Below are positions 24,111 through 38,039 of a stretch of 64,000 nucleotides of DNA, one piece after another. Origin of the DNA: Camelus dromedarius. Taxonomy: Eukaryota. The number at the start of each line of letters is the position of its first letter. Position 1 is the first letter of the stretch. The translations under genes were made by a program, and so were the position numbers. The stretch is taken from NCBI RefSeq assembly GCF_036321535.1, contig NC_087437.1:95420001-95484000 (forward strand). Reading direction: 5' to 3'. Below the pieces are notes generated by a model, which had not been told where the DNA came from, ran no database searches, and saw nothing but the letters and a program-made list of their open reading frames with translations.

Positions 24111-24904
24111 TTGGGAAAAGAAAGGAAAAATAAAAATTTGTTTAGCATAGACATGGTTCAAGACCTATACGGCATGGTTAGTGGTCACAACTAATGCCTG
24201 CAGCTCAGACAATTAGCCGTAGCGTGTGCTGTGCTCCTCTCTGTTGTTTTGGGAGGAGCATCTGCTCCTTCTCTACCAAAGATTTTGAGCTCTAGTACAT
24301 CCACGCAGAAAAAGTTACCACACATTTTTATTTTAATAAGAGGTGATAAGCATTGGGTTCAATGTTGAGGTGACAGACTGGGACCAAGATTTATGTCAGG
24401 AAATCCAACGTGATGGGGAATTTTGCCTATAATGTTTTTATTTGGAGCAGAGATGTGTATTGCATGACTGAAAAAAATTTACCCTTAATACATGTGTGTG
24501 ATACTGAAAATATTTCATGTTAAAAATCATAATTTGAAGGGAGAAAATTATAATGAACTCCACAAAATCCCTTATTGTCCCTAGAAACAGTTAGTTGCAT
24601 TGGTAGGTTTTATTTTTGGTACTCCAGCATGTTTGACATTTCTTTTTTTCCAAACTATCATCTTTATGTTTTATTCACTTTCTGTTTACATTCACACGAT
24701 AGTCTGCACATGTTTTTACATTCACACATAGGTTCTCTAGCCAATGCCCTTGTTTTTTAAAGAAAGTTAGTTTTTAGAAAATGTCCAAAAAATAGACTAA
24801 GTATTTCTTCTGGGTAAGCTATTTAGTCTAAAGCCTCAGATAACCAAAAAGTAAAACAAATAGCTTTAAAGAGGTATCTCTGAAAAATATATTTCAAATA
24901 TACT

Positions 24905-24908
<4 letters not shown>

Positions 24909-24956
<48 letters not shown>
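24909..24956. repeat. (CA)24 microsatellite
   Basis: Perfect CA run. Confidence 0.97.
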
Positions 24957-24959
<3 letters not shown>

Positions 24960-25739
24960 ATACACAGGTTTTGAAGCACTTTAATATGGTAATGAAAGGT
25001 TTTCTAGATTTTTAAAATTTATTTTAAAACTTTATGACTTTTTTCCCCCAAAGTTTCTTATCTGCTGCTGCCTAATCCAAATGAAACAAATTGGAAGAAT
25101 AGAATTAAAGGCAGAAACAGAAAGATTAAGCAATTACTCATGATTTTTATATGCTAGGGCCAGGTGTGGTATTAGCTTATGAATAAGTTTATAGGCATTG
25201 GATGAATAAAATATGGTTCCAGCAAATGAATGTTAATGGAGGGTTCCAACCCTGAGCCACAAAACAGACTATAGAAATTGTTGATGAATTTACACTCCTA
25301 ACTCCTGTACTTCGCAAAGCTCCCAGAAATATGAGGGGAGAATGGAGAGGAAAAATTATTATATTATTGAGAGGCTACATATATAAGTATGGCCAAGTAC
25401 ATAGCTTTCAGAATGAATTCCTGAAAAATCTTCTAGATGAGATTAGTTTTAAGTCATGTTTTTAAGGACGTAGGGATTAGGTGTTGATCGAAAATGAAGG
25501 AAGTATATTCAGATGGAGTAAATTGAAATGACCTATGAAAGGCATGGTAATAGTACTTGTAAACAGAAAGTAAATTAGTTTGGTTGAAAAGGAAGGTCTT
25601 TGCAGAGTATAATGAGAAATTAATTTGGTAAAATTGAGGTGGGAATTGATGTTGGACTGAAGAAGCTGAAGTCTGAATTTAATATTCTAGGCAAGACACG
25701 TGGATAGGATAAAATTTTTTTTAAGGTAAAATAAAGGCC

Positions 25740-26150
25740 AGTTGTCACAGTATGGTATAGCTGTACACCTGTACACAAAACCCATTTCCACAGTTACATT
25801 TCCAGCCTCCTCTGTAGTTAAGTGTGGTTGAAGGACTGAGTTTGGGCCAGTTGAAGGATAGCAGAAGTGATATGTGGCCCTTCTAAATGTGAGATCTTCC
25901 ATGCTCCTCCTCCTCTTGCCTGTTGGATAGAGATGCTCAGAATGATCTTGGAAGCGAAGTGTTGAAAATGATCAGTATCTGAGTCCTGAATCCCTGAATG
26001 AAATGACTGTGGGAAGCTGACTCCTCCTCCTGTAGCAAGGAACACAAAGCAGAAGACTGTATATGAACAAAAATAATCTTCTATAATGTGTTTAGCCACA
26101 GAAGTTATGAGTTTATTTGTTACAGTAGGTAGCTAGCCTAGCTAACACAC
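25740..26150 (+). mobile_element. MaLR LTR (MLT1I/J-like)
   Basis: acatttccagcctcctctgtagtta...agcagaagtgat...tttatttgttacag. Confidence 0.75.
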
Positions 26151-26899
26151 ACAGTGGGATGCATTATATGTTTATTCTTCTTCATAAAGGAAATATTTAG
26201 CAGTGCAATATACTTAAAGGTAAACTCAGAAAGGGATAAAGAGTAGAATTTTTAATTAATTAATTTTCATAAGAGAGACTTCTATAAAGATATATGTTAT
26301 ACATGTTTTTCATTTATCCCTTCCAGTGTAACTACTTAAATGTTAAAAGATGAATAGATTTTGACATTAAAATTTGATTGTTAATTTCTCTATTTTGTAT
26401 CTGAATATCTACATCACTGTCATTGGTTTCCCTGTCAAGAGGCTGTGAGTTTCCATGGTGAGATAATGGCAATGCCCTTTGATGGGGAAGATCAGAGATC
26501 TAGAGTAATGATAAAAGGATATGGGTAGCATGAGGTAGTTAGGGACAGAAGCAAGTTGAAGGGGAAAAAACCAGAGAGGTACCATGTTTACCCATGGCAA
26601 AGAGAGCAAAATGAAGTGTCAGGAATGGAATTGGGCCTAATCCACAATTATTGGATGCCTGTAGAATTTAGAGGATTGAGAACCACCAGTTGAGAAAAAT
26701 TTAAGTCCATAGATACCAGTGACTGGTGCCATAGATTGATTCTTCTCAGTCTTAACATTATGGCACACATAGAAATTATAATATGTAAATGGCACAGTTG
26801 AGTAAATGAGTATGTTTGCTGATGATTGGAAATAACAGGCTAGTGGCTCAAGTCCCTGTGGCAACACTGGCTAACTTAAAATTTGCATTTTCTTTTTTA

Positions 26900-27320
26900 T
26901 AGAATAGGTGTTTCTGGAAAGTGGCTGCCCAGCCAGGGACTATATGTCCTAGGGTTCTTTGTATCTATGTGTGGCCATGTGAGACTAGTTCTCAATAATG
27001 GAATAGAAGTACAAATAATATATGACACTTTGTAGTAAAGGTGCTTAAAAAGTAGGTGGCAGAGTCCAGGGTGAGGAGAGCTGTGTTGGCTAAATCACCT
27101 CATGGAGAAAAGCTGCCTGCTGACCACTGCTGACCAGAAACATTAGTTTTTGACTGTTACACAAGCAAAAAATAAACTACTAGTGTGTTTATTATATATA
27201 ATATAATATATGTTTATACATACATATATATGTGTGTGTATATATATATATATATGTATGTAAACATGCCAATGAAATGTTGGCACTTGTTACAGCTTCT
27301 AGCAATATCTTAGTTCAGAC
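26900..27320 (+). mobile_element. MaLR LTR (MLT1I/J-like) containing a TA/TG-rich repeat
   Basis: gtggccatgtgagactagttctc...ttgttacagc; simple repeat about 27190-27260. Confidence 0.6.
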
Positions 27321-28679
27321 ATATCTCAGGGACTAAAAGGATCAATATTTCACCTCGTCTGTAATCCATTCACTGCAAATGGTGTGTCCCAGTTGGAAAG
27401 CTCTGCCTTAGATTATCCAGGTAATTCATTAAATAAATGAATGCAGTAAGGGCGTGGGGAACAGCCTCCTTCACTTTATCATTAAGTGCCTCTAGTTCAT
27501 TAAGGGGCCATATTTTAAAAAAGAGAAGAGAACTAACATTCATTAAATCCCTATTATTAGAACCCTGGTACTTATTTTTAGCACCATCTTGAGATTCTTC
27601 CCATACATATTTCAGGCAATTTTATGTGAAAATTTAGGCCTAATTTTCTGATATAATGTCTAGCCTTTCCCTCTTGTTTTACTTTTTCCGTCTCTACCAA
27701 TATGCAGTCCTGAAGGACTGCTCTTGTCCCAGGGCATATGAATTAGGCAGCTTTAATTAAAACTATTAGAATATGTAACCTGAGAGTAATAGTACTAATG
27801 TTAATGATAACATATAGGAGATCCATTGAACTTCATAGCTCAAATTCAGATACACTTAGACTTCTTGATCAAAGGCTTCAAAGATGTCACCAGTTTTTCA
27901 GTTCTGCTTCCCCCAGTTTAGCTCATCTCTAAGCCTTCTTGTGGTAGTACCTGTCAGCTTTAATTTCACATCATTTTAACACACAGTGTATCAAAGGAGA
28001 GTCTGCCTATCTTGATTGCCTACACAAAATCCCAACATTGGCTCTTACTGAGTTTATTGTTCTAATGTGGATCATGTGCCAATGTCTAAACCAGTTGCTT
28101 TGGCAAGGGCATGGACAGCATGGATTAGTTTAGCATCAGTTGTCTAAGTTACCCTAAAGGCGGCGGTTTTTCTAAGAACAGAGTACAGAAAAAAAATCTA
28201 AGACCTTCTCTTATTTCCCCTCTTTTACCCAACTAGCCATACTCTCTGAGTTTTCCACATCTGAGTTAAGTTTTCCCATCCCTACTTTGCTTCATCTGGT
28301 CCTTTCATTTCACAATCTCTTATACCTTATAACTTATATTCTCAAATCTCATTTGGTCTGAGGGTGAGTACTCCATTTTATCCATGGGTCTGTCCAAATA
28401 GCCTTTCATTTCAGTAGGAGAATATTCTACAAGACATGAGCTTCATGCTTTTCTTCCCCCCAAAGAAATACATTTGAAAGAAGATTAATTATATTTAACA
28501 TACAAGAAACAGCTTGTGATGCTTATATATGACATTCAAGGACAGATGTGGCACAGAAATACAAAATTAGTAAATGTAAGAAATTTAAGAAATTAATTTT
28601 AAATTGTAAAAATTCTCCTTAAGAGAATGTGTTGTTTACTAGACTAGAGAGGATTACAGAGAAGAGAACTTTTAAAAAA

Positions 28680-28870
28680 GTGTAAAGACCTAGGATCAAG
28701 CTCTGCCCCACCAACAATGGTGACCTTGAGATGTCAATTCATGTTTTTGAGCCTTTTCAAACTATAATGGAGGGGGTGTTGTACTGCTGCACAGCACTGT
28801 GGTGACGATCAAATTTGATGGTTATATGTGGGATCTGCTAAAGTGCTAGATAAATATTATGTAGCACAGG
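28680..28870 (+). mobile_element. MIR SINE
   Basis: gacctaggatcaagctctgcc...gtgaccttgag...ctgtggtgacgatcaaa. Confidence 0.6.
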
Positions 28871-29510
28871 ATACCTAAATCAGAAAAGTGCTGTTAATAT
28901 ATGCTCTCAGCCAGCTTTTGCCTATCATTCAAATGGTTCTTTTGAATTGGATGACTTACCAGGAAGTTGTCTGGGTCTTGGGACCCAGATGAATACGACT
29001 GGTCCTTAGCTTTCAAAGAGTTCCTAGTCTGGTGACAGAGACAGACATATAAACAAACACTGATAATACAGTGTGATTCACACAGCAGTGGATTCATTCA
29101 CAGGGTGTTATGGAAGCAAAGATAAGAGAACATTTTTTTTTTCTTTAACCAAGAAATAGAAAAAGTATCACTAGTAGCTGGATACTATAATATTATGATA
29201 TTTGAAATAGACTTCACTATAAGTTATTGAGTGATACAGAACTTATTATAACAAATTAACAAAGAAAAGTAGTTAATTGAATTGTTGAGAAAGTTGGAAT
29301 TTGAGGAACATTTTTGACATCTGTTTGTAGGATGGAGACTGAAGACAAAAGGACATGCTAGACATTCTCAAGATTTCTAGATGATTTAGACCTTTCTTAA
29401 CCACATATTCAATGGACAAAAAAAAAAGACTGTGTCCAAGAAAGGACTTGTAAAACATGATGATGATTAGAATGGGATAAAGAAATGTTGTGATTTTTAA
29501 AATTAACATT

Positions 29511-30030
29511 TGTTAAGTAGAGCCTTGGGTATCAAGGTTGGATGGTGAAGCACCATTCAACAGAAGACTGAAAAGAAAGGTGTAATAGAAAGTTTATTAC
29601 TTACAGGTCCTGGAGGAGGTACACAGTATGACTCAAGGGGCCACATGGGGGAGTCAAGGCAGGGTGTAGGCAGGGAGAACGGGCTTTCGGCAAGAGGATG
29701 GGAAAAAGGGTCCTTGGGTAAAGTAGGAGTTCTCAGGCTAAGGCTGGATTGATTAATTTAAATAAAAAAGAGCAGTGTTCTGGTGAATTTTAGGATGATA
29801 GAGAGTCTTATCTAAGGGAAGGTCAAGGGGAGGGCCCTGGGAGGCATGGGAGAATGCTTATCACAAGGGCAACTGGGGAGTCTTAGGAGGAACTTATATT
29901 TACTTGTTACCAATAGCATGCACTCGCAGGAGGGACCAGTGTTAGCTAACGGCTCCTGCAGACCCCTTGGCCACACAAGATAGATGCTGAAGCAGCAGTG
30001 TTGTGGAGTAGTTTAGCCAAACTCTAAAGC
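29511..30030 (-). mobile_element. Old LTR (ERVL/ERV1-type)
   Basis: tgttaag start; aagtttattacttacaggtcc...ggggccacatgggg; family uncertain. Confidence 0.6.
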
Positions 30031-31849
30031 AGAAAGAGTAAAAATAGGAGATGGTATAGGCCATGCCGCCCTGGTGGATGATGGGGGAGCTCTGAACAGG
30101 AAGACTCTTTGACTACTGTTCGGGAGGGAACGGTGGGCTAGATAGGGAATGTATTTTGGATCCCTATGCTATTGGAGCTTAAGTAAAATAACTAAAATAA
30201 AGCAAAAAGCAAACAAACAAAAACCCATACCTTCTTCTCAGGACTGTGTCTGAAGAAAATGAAATTTCAAGGGCGGCAAGGACAGTCCTTGATGCCCTCA
30301 CCGTGCATCAGCCCCCCACTCTTCAGCTAACTGACCCTGACCCTAGAACTTCTAATCCAGGGAAACGAGATGATGCAGAAATGTAAAGCAGATTTTTTCT
30401 TTTAACAAGAGGTATCTCAACAGTGAGAAGGTCCTCTATCCAAAAAAGGACCAACTGGGAAAACAAGTAAGTCAAGGATAGGCCTCTAAAAGTGACATTA
30501 TAAGGGAGGGTTTTCTCACAATCCTAGATGTGTGCTATTTAATTAAGTGTGAAGCATTCATTTTATTTTGTCTGTACGATTTTTACCATAATTCCTTGTG
30601 TAAAATGTAGCTTTCTTTCCTTCTTTTTATACTTTTATTTAAAAAAAAAATTAGAGACATACACAAGATAAGTGATAAAATCTAATTATTTAGTTGGAGA
30701 ATTGCTGTGAGAATTTGGAAGACTTCTTTTGAAGAAATGATCGTATTTGTGTATTATTTTAGTATTTCTGCCAAATTTCAAATTTTTAAAATTTAGGTGT
30801 ATCTCAATAGAAAAGAAGCATAAATATATTTATACAATATATTTTTATACTAAATGCACCATTCTAGGAAAGGAAATTTATAAAATAGTGAATGAAAGTG
30901 TAAGGAAAGGCTTTCCAGCAGATCACAGCTATTCTGTGCCAGGATCTGGGCAGAAGTGTTAGTCCACACAAGCTTCAACTTAAGGGAGGACCGGATGAAC
31001 ATAATTGCTGACGTTGTGTGAAGTTTTCTATGCCTTACATTTAGTTGTTTTAGCTGCCAGATAATTTAAGATAATTATCTTGGATTTAGTAGCTGGAAAT
31101 GAGCTGTTTTGATGTAGAGATTTTCTGTAGCCTACCAATATATTTGTTTTAAGAAAAACAGTATTTATTCAATACCTTTGTTCTGCTATTCTCTCCTTTA
31201 TGTGGCCATTCCACCTTTCTTTATCACTAGACCTCCAACTCTATGCCACAAATCACAAACATTAATTTCCCCTTGTCTTTGATTAATTGTCTGCTTTGTT
31301 ATTTAGGCATGCCATCAACATGAATCATTAAGGATTCCTTAACAATTTCCTCCTTGTGTTTAATCTGCTTATTAAGTGTGTTTACAATTATTCTACTTTC
31401 ATCATACTACCGGTTTATTGCATTTGACTTTACTGATTTATGGTTTCTTCCTAAAGGCCTTCTCCCTCCTCAAGCTCTGTTGAAATTAAATGCTTTCAGA
31501 TATAATCAAGCTGTTCATACATTGGGTCTTTATCAAATAACTCTATAGTTAAGATGAAGTTACTGAAAATGTGTACTGAAAAACACCTTACTGATATTTT
31601 CTAAATGCCTTCTTGTTGCATTACACATACTAGAGACTCAACTAATTATAAAATAGAATTGAAGTATACTAAATATATGCTTCAAGACGCTAAAACATGT
31701 GTCAATAACACTGTGTAGCTAAAGGTTTTCCAGGCAGGGACTTAGAAGCCTGGGGGGTTCTAGTCTGGGATCTGATACTTCTTAGCTCCATGATTGGTCA
31801 CATCTTTTAAAAAAAAATTAGTGTTTAGTTGGCTCATGACTGTTCTACA

Positions 31850-32078
31850 GTGTGAAGTGATGAGGTCCCAACCCATGGAGTGCGCAGAAATGCTGAGGCA
31901 GATACCAGAAGCTGGGAGAGGCAAACAGAGTTCTCCCCTAGAGCCTGCAGAGTATGCAGCCCTGCCCACACCTTGATTTTGGACTTCTTGCCTCCAGAAC
32001 TGTGAGAGAATAAATTTCTGTTCTTTTAAACCACCCAGTTTATGGTTATTTGTTATGGGCAGCGACAGGAAAGTAATT
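31850..32078 (+). mobile_element. MaLR LTR 3' part (MLT1C-like)
   Basis: ccagaagctgggagaggc...ccttgattttggacttc...cctccagaactgtgagagaataaatttctg. Confidence 0.9.
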
Positions 32079-33229
32079 ATTTGGTAATCCTAGAATGTAT
32101 AAGAAAATGAATGAATATATTGAGAGGAAGTGAAGAAAACCTGGCACAGCAGCGATAAAGCTATAGCAAGGATATAATTCACAGAAGTCTTCAAAGATGC
32201 TGTGTGTGAATTGGTTAAGTCATCTGTATTTAAAGTATTGACATTTAATATCATAAATATAATTAGAAGACATTACTCCTTGGAAAATTTCAGGAATGGT
32301 ATAGCTTAGAACCCTGGTGGAATCACAGTGCTAACTGCTAAAAAATAAGATAATGTAATGAAAGAACTTTGAACCAGCAGCCAGAAGCCTAGAGTACTAG
32401 TATTGAGTTGGCTGCTTGATAGCTGTGTGGTTTTAGACAAGTTAATCTGAGTCTCCTTCTCTGCATAGACTTTGTAAAATCTCAAGGGTGTCGGAGGGAG
32501 TATTTCTACATAAGCTGCTGTTTGTGGTAATAAATCATCCTTTTAGAAGAGGACACATTTTTCTTGACTTTGGATGCTGGTGGCCAACTTAGCTCTCATA
32601 GTTTTTGTTTGTTTTTATTTTCTGGTTTAATGAAAAAAATTGGAATTTGTACACAACTACACACATAGAACAATTTATAATTCACAATTTATGTAGCCAT
32701 TTGTGTGTACTTTTTTGTCAGACCCATCATGCATACAACAGTCGTTTCCCGCCACTGCCCAGGTAGCTGGGGTATGAGCGAGTGTGTCTCCTCTGCTCTT
32801 GAGAAAAGCACCTTCCTGCTATTATTGAAGTATGTCTATAGTTTTGGCTTATCCACTTTGAATCCTTAGAGCTCTAAAACCTCAAGCCATAGGTCACAGA
32901 GCTTGACTCTATAATGAGCCTGCCGTTTTGTGTGTGTGTCTGAGACTATTAAATGAGAATATGATTTTCTAGAGATTTCTTGCATAATCAGGGCTCAATG
33001 TCCAATGAAAGAAACAAAAAATAGGCAGATTTTCTACTTTTTCCCTCTATTTTGTTTAGAAACGAGTCTCTCCTTTTTTATATTGACATACTTTTTTGGT
33101 GCCCCCCTCTCCCGCCTCAACGGACTTATACCTCATCTGCTATTTCTGTGCAGGTGGCAAAAACAATACTGGGAAGAAAAAATTAAAAATTTAAAATGCC
33201 TTATTGGAAGCACAGTGTCTGTCTCCTTC

Positions 33230-33665
33230 AATTCAGAGGAAAGCTGTACTCTAGTAGCTGCTGGTTTAGTTGTAGCAAGTGAAGAGCCAGAAACATTGTG
33301 GTTGGCAGCAGACACTGAGGCTAGTCCCAAGTGTTCTAGCTGTCTTTCCAGGCACAGGATAGGATAGTATGCCTCTGCTTCCTTCGTAGTTGACAAGTAA
33401 TGTGTGGCTTGCTCTGGCTTCCGATGTGAGAGCAAAAGTGGGACACGGCACTCTCTTTTCTCTGCCATGATGTTCACAGAAACTTGTGTTGAAACAGAGT
33501 CTCTTCTAGCCCCAGCCCCTAGGGGAATATGATGGCCAGAACATCCCTCCACCCATCCACTTGAATATGTAGAATGAGGGAGAAATAACATTAAGTTTTG
33601 TTAATGCTGAGATCGGAGGTTTGGTTTTTATTGCAGAGTAACCCAGGCTATGCTGACTGATAAAG
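33230..33665 (+). mobile_element. Old MaLR LTR (MLT1K/L-like)
   Basis: ctgccatgatg...gagaaataacatt...ctgagatcggaggtt...gctgactgata end. Confidence 0.55.
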
Positions 33666-34292
33666 GCATAGATCAATATATCTGTTATTATCTATAAATT
33701 ATCAGGGTGAACTAGACCAGATAATTATCAAGATTATTTCCAATTCCTAATAGTCTACAAATCTATGGACAGGAAGATAGTAGATTATTCCTTCTTTTCT
33801 TTTTGAAAAAAACCTGGTCACCAATGTATAATATAGTGGAAATCAGTTAAAGTTTTATTTTCTCTAACCAAACTCTGCCGTAGGCATTGTTCTGATTTCC
33901 TGTCATACTGAAATATCCTGAGGTCTCTACTTTTTGAGAACACTCTATCTGAAAAGTGAGCTGCTTAGGTTTGATTTGATTTACTATCAGCCAGCTCTGA
34001 GCTACATTTCTATATCCTTCTGGCACAGATGCATGTTTCCTGAGAAAGGAGAAAGAGTAAAAATTATATGTGGTATACAATAAAATACAATCATCTGAGA
34101 TTCAATTTTAATTTTTTTAAAAAAATCAAACATAACTTTAAAAAATTCAGAACCAAAAATAATTCAAACACAAATATGAAGTTTTTTTTAACTTGAGCAG
34201 CAGCAAAATAAGTGAGAGAATAATAGAGATCTCCCACCCAGAAGACTGCTTGTCATTTCACCTAAACAAACTAACAAACAAATCTTGAGTTA

Positions 34293-34293
<1 letters not shown>

Positions 34294-34335
<42 letters not shown>

Positions 34336-34343
34336 CACACTCA

Positions 34344-34377
<34 letters not shown>
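34294..34377. repeat. Compound microsatellite (CA)n(CTCACA)n(CT)n
   Basis: Read directly from the sequence. Confidence 0.95.
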
Positions 34378-34380
<3 letters not shown>

Positions 34381-34667
34381 GGGCATAAATAATAGAGACA
34401 CAGAGAAAAGATTAAACCAGACTTCAGGTGCCATGTAAGGTGCCATGTAACTTCTTTGTCACAGAAACCCCTCGAACTCAAATTTGTCATTTCCATAACA
34501 GAGTGCCAAAAGAAAGACACTTTCCTTGGATTTGTCCCCTTTTCTCTGCTTAAGTCCTTTCTTTTAGGGTTCCTGCTTTGTGTTGTACAGTACCAGATAA
34601 ATACTGTGAGTTCCTTGGATCTTTATGTTGGGCTTATAATTTTAAAAGTTGTGACTTCCATCTTGAT

Positions 34668-35408
34668 CAGGCTTTGGCAAATATTTTGTGAAGAACCATG
34701 TATTAGTCTACTAGTGCTGTCATAATAAAGTACCACACACTAGGAAGTTTAAACAACAGAAATGTATTTTTTCACAGTTCTGGAGGCTGGAAGTCCAGCA
34801 TCAAGTTGCGTATACACTTGGTTTCTCCTGAGGCCTCTTTTCTTTGTTTGCAGATGGCCACCTTCTTGCTGTGTCTTCATACGGTGTATGTGCACTCTTT
34901 CCTCTGTGTATGTGCACTCTTGATATCTCTCTTTTCTTACGAGGACACTAGTCTTGTTGCATTTGGACCTCACTTATGACCTCATTTAGCCTTAATTAAA
35001 ACCTTAAAGTACCTGTCTCCAAATATTATCACATTGAGGGTTAGAGCTTCAACATATGAGTTGATGGTAGGGTGGGGGGAGCACAATTCAATCCACAACA
35101 GGCCAGATAATACCTATTTTAGACTTGAGGGCAGAAGATTTTCTAAGTACTCAACTCTCCCATTATATTAAAAAATCAGTCATAGCTAATTATAGGCAAA
35201 TATGCATGACTGTTCCAATAAAACATCATTTATGGACACAAATCTGAATATTACATAATTTTATTAAAATGTTATTCTTTTGATTATATGTTATTCTTTT
35301 GATTATATGCTACCATTTAAAAATGTAAAAGCCATTCTTAGTTTTCAGTCCATCCCAAAAAAGTTAGTAACTGGATTTGACCCACAGGCTACAGATTGCC
35401 AACTGTTA
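34668..35408 (+). mobile_element. MER58B-like hAT MITE interrupted by a MaLR LTR
   Basis: ggcaaatattttgtgaag | ggccagata...ttccaataaaac...ccatttaaaaatgtaaaagccattcttag...ggatttgacccacagg. Confidence 0.8.
34699..35100 (-). mobile_element. MaLR solo LTR (MLT1B-like)
   Basis: TG...CA ends; cacagttctggaggctggaagtcc; partial TSD aacca/ggcca. Confidence 0.88.
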
Positions 35409-38039
35409 ATCTTGGTTGTACTGTAAATTCACGATAATGCTGTCTAGTTTTGACCTTCCATGATGTATTTCATTGATTAAAATGGAAACAAGCAAGAGCA
35501 TTGCTCTCTGGTCTGTCATGGAAAAGGACTCTGTTAAGGCATCCCATCATCAGAGAAGGAAGAAAGAGGGCATGCCACAGCTACTTAAATGTTCCACACA
35601 ATCAAATCTGGGTTAACAGTCCAAAATGCACAGTGATAAGCAACAACTATCAGCTCTGAACTTCTAGGTTCCTTATAATTTTGTAATTTTAGCTCTTTAT
35701 GAAGTTATTCTAGGCTAAAAAAAGCAGAACAGTACAAAATCAATATTTTTAAAGTTAATAAGCTCCCAAAGGAGGCTAATCAGATAGGCTTCTCTTTAAG
35801 TAATTTTACTGCATAGAAGATTTTCTAGGTCTTAGTAAATGCTAAAATCAAGTCTCAGAAGTGTATTTTAGATTTTCTATTTTTATCTTGTGTCCCTTGT
35901 TACATTTTCACACTTGGCAGTATTTTTTAATTCTGTAACAAACAGGGGCTGGCACGGAAGATAAGTGATAGTTGTTCAGTGGTTGTATTATTTAGCCACA
36001 TGCGTAATGAATTTCAAAATCATTTGGAAAATTATAAAAGGCAACATATTTTCTGGTTTTTTTAATGGTATGATGGTCTTTCTAGTCGTTTCCAAACACT
36101 GCTATTCAGCCTTAGATGCAAGAATTGAGTTTAAAAAAATACCGCTTTTGATGAATAACTTTGATATTAGGTTCTTCCCATACTCTTGCACTAAATTTCA
36201 CAGCCATAAAATTCCCCAAAAGAGATAACTATAATTAGGAAAGGAAGGAATAAAACCAGCTTCATTTGTCTTTTGATACCAGAAATCTCTTGACATAAAC
36301 TCCTTTTGCAAATTTTCCCAGAGAATTGTAGCAGGAACCTCTGGTAGAGTAAAACAGAGTTCTAGTAGCATATGGTTACATAAATTAAAATACCACTTTC
36401 AGAAATGCACATGGGAGCAATGGCTAGCCAGTGCAGATTGTCGTATGGACTGTGGCCAATCTGCCTAATTTTAGGAAGGGGAGCTGTTAATTATAAGACC
36501 AGATGATCATTACAATAGGTCTTTAATAAGGGTAATCCTAGATTGGTAAAATCTAAAACAAAAATCTGGTCTACTTTACAAAGATTTACGCCATAACAGT
36601 GTCATGTCTCCAATGATGATATAGGTGATATGAGATTATCTGATCCCCATATGAAGCAGTGAATGACTTCGGTGCACATTCAGAGTGGGAAGGCTCTACC
36701 ACAGAGAGTAATAAAAGTGTTCTCACTTTACTCCATCATCATGTTGAATTAATTTCAGGATAGACTTGCCCTAAGTAAATTCAAATTAATTAATTTTAAA
36801 TGTTAATCTTTTATGATTATAAAATTAATGCATGCTCATTCTAGAAAATTTGGAAAGAAGAAAAAATAAACAGGATGAAGAAAATTGACTGTAATTTCAC
36901 AACACAATGGCAACTGTTAACATTTTGGCATAATTACTTGTTACTGTATATGTATAATTTTTAAACTTATTTCCATATCTATCAGATCTCTTTGCCTTTC
37001 TCTGAAATGAGTCTTAATTCTATATTCAGAGTCACGTATTTTGAATACTGTAGACTATAAATACCTTAGGATAATAAAATGTATTTTTGTCAAAAGAAAT
37101 GAATATTAAAAGTATAAAGTTAGTAGGTAATGGATCATGATATATGTCCGAAAATGTACATCATCAAGAGTAATTCCTGAGAAAAAAATGAAGACAAATA
37201 AAAGTAAATTGAAAGTTGTTTGTGATTAGACACAGTATACTTTACAGGAGCCAGTGACTGTATGTCTGTGAACATGGATAGTGCTAGAAATTTTATGTGA
37301 TGTCTATAGCTGCAAATTAGAAGTTCAGGATAGAGAAATAAGTTCTAAAGATACTATACTCTGTTTTTGTTTTGTTTTGTTTTGTTTCAGAGAACACACC
37401 TATGTTGATGAAATAATTATTTACACATCCACTACTCCAGCAAATATTCACCAGGTACCTATTATGTATACAAGACATGATTGACGCTATAGATTCAGAT
37501 TGAGAAAAAAGAAGAGTTTAGAGAACAGAATAGGTTTTAATTCTAAACAACTATTCTTAGTCATTATAAACTTAGCCAAACCCAAACCACATTAAAAAGG
37601 TAGTCTCTTGAATTGTTACTTGATGTATTTCTGCACCAGGAAACATATTGTGATCTTCCAGATGTATGAATCAACCTAATTCAATGGCCACTTCATTTAT
37701 TTCTGAAATCAATCTTTTGAGATAATGGTTCATCTATCATAAGCTGGAGAAATGTTTATTCTCTTCACTGATGTATTTCAGATATCTTTGTTGTGTATGA
37801 TTTCATTATTTATAAAGGTTACACACCTATTTATGGTTTCTTACAATGGAGTCCAAGTGGAAAAAGCCTAGTTTTTGTTCTGTAGCTTCGGTACCAAAGC
37901 ACAGCCTCTTTGGTGGGGAGGGGAGTACTTACAATACTAAAAATTGAAATATTTTCTTGTCATTTATAAAGCATTTGATGCTATTGAAATAGGGTCTTCT
38001 CTGGAAAAAACTGTGGTGATTATTGATTCAAAACGTATT

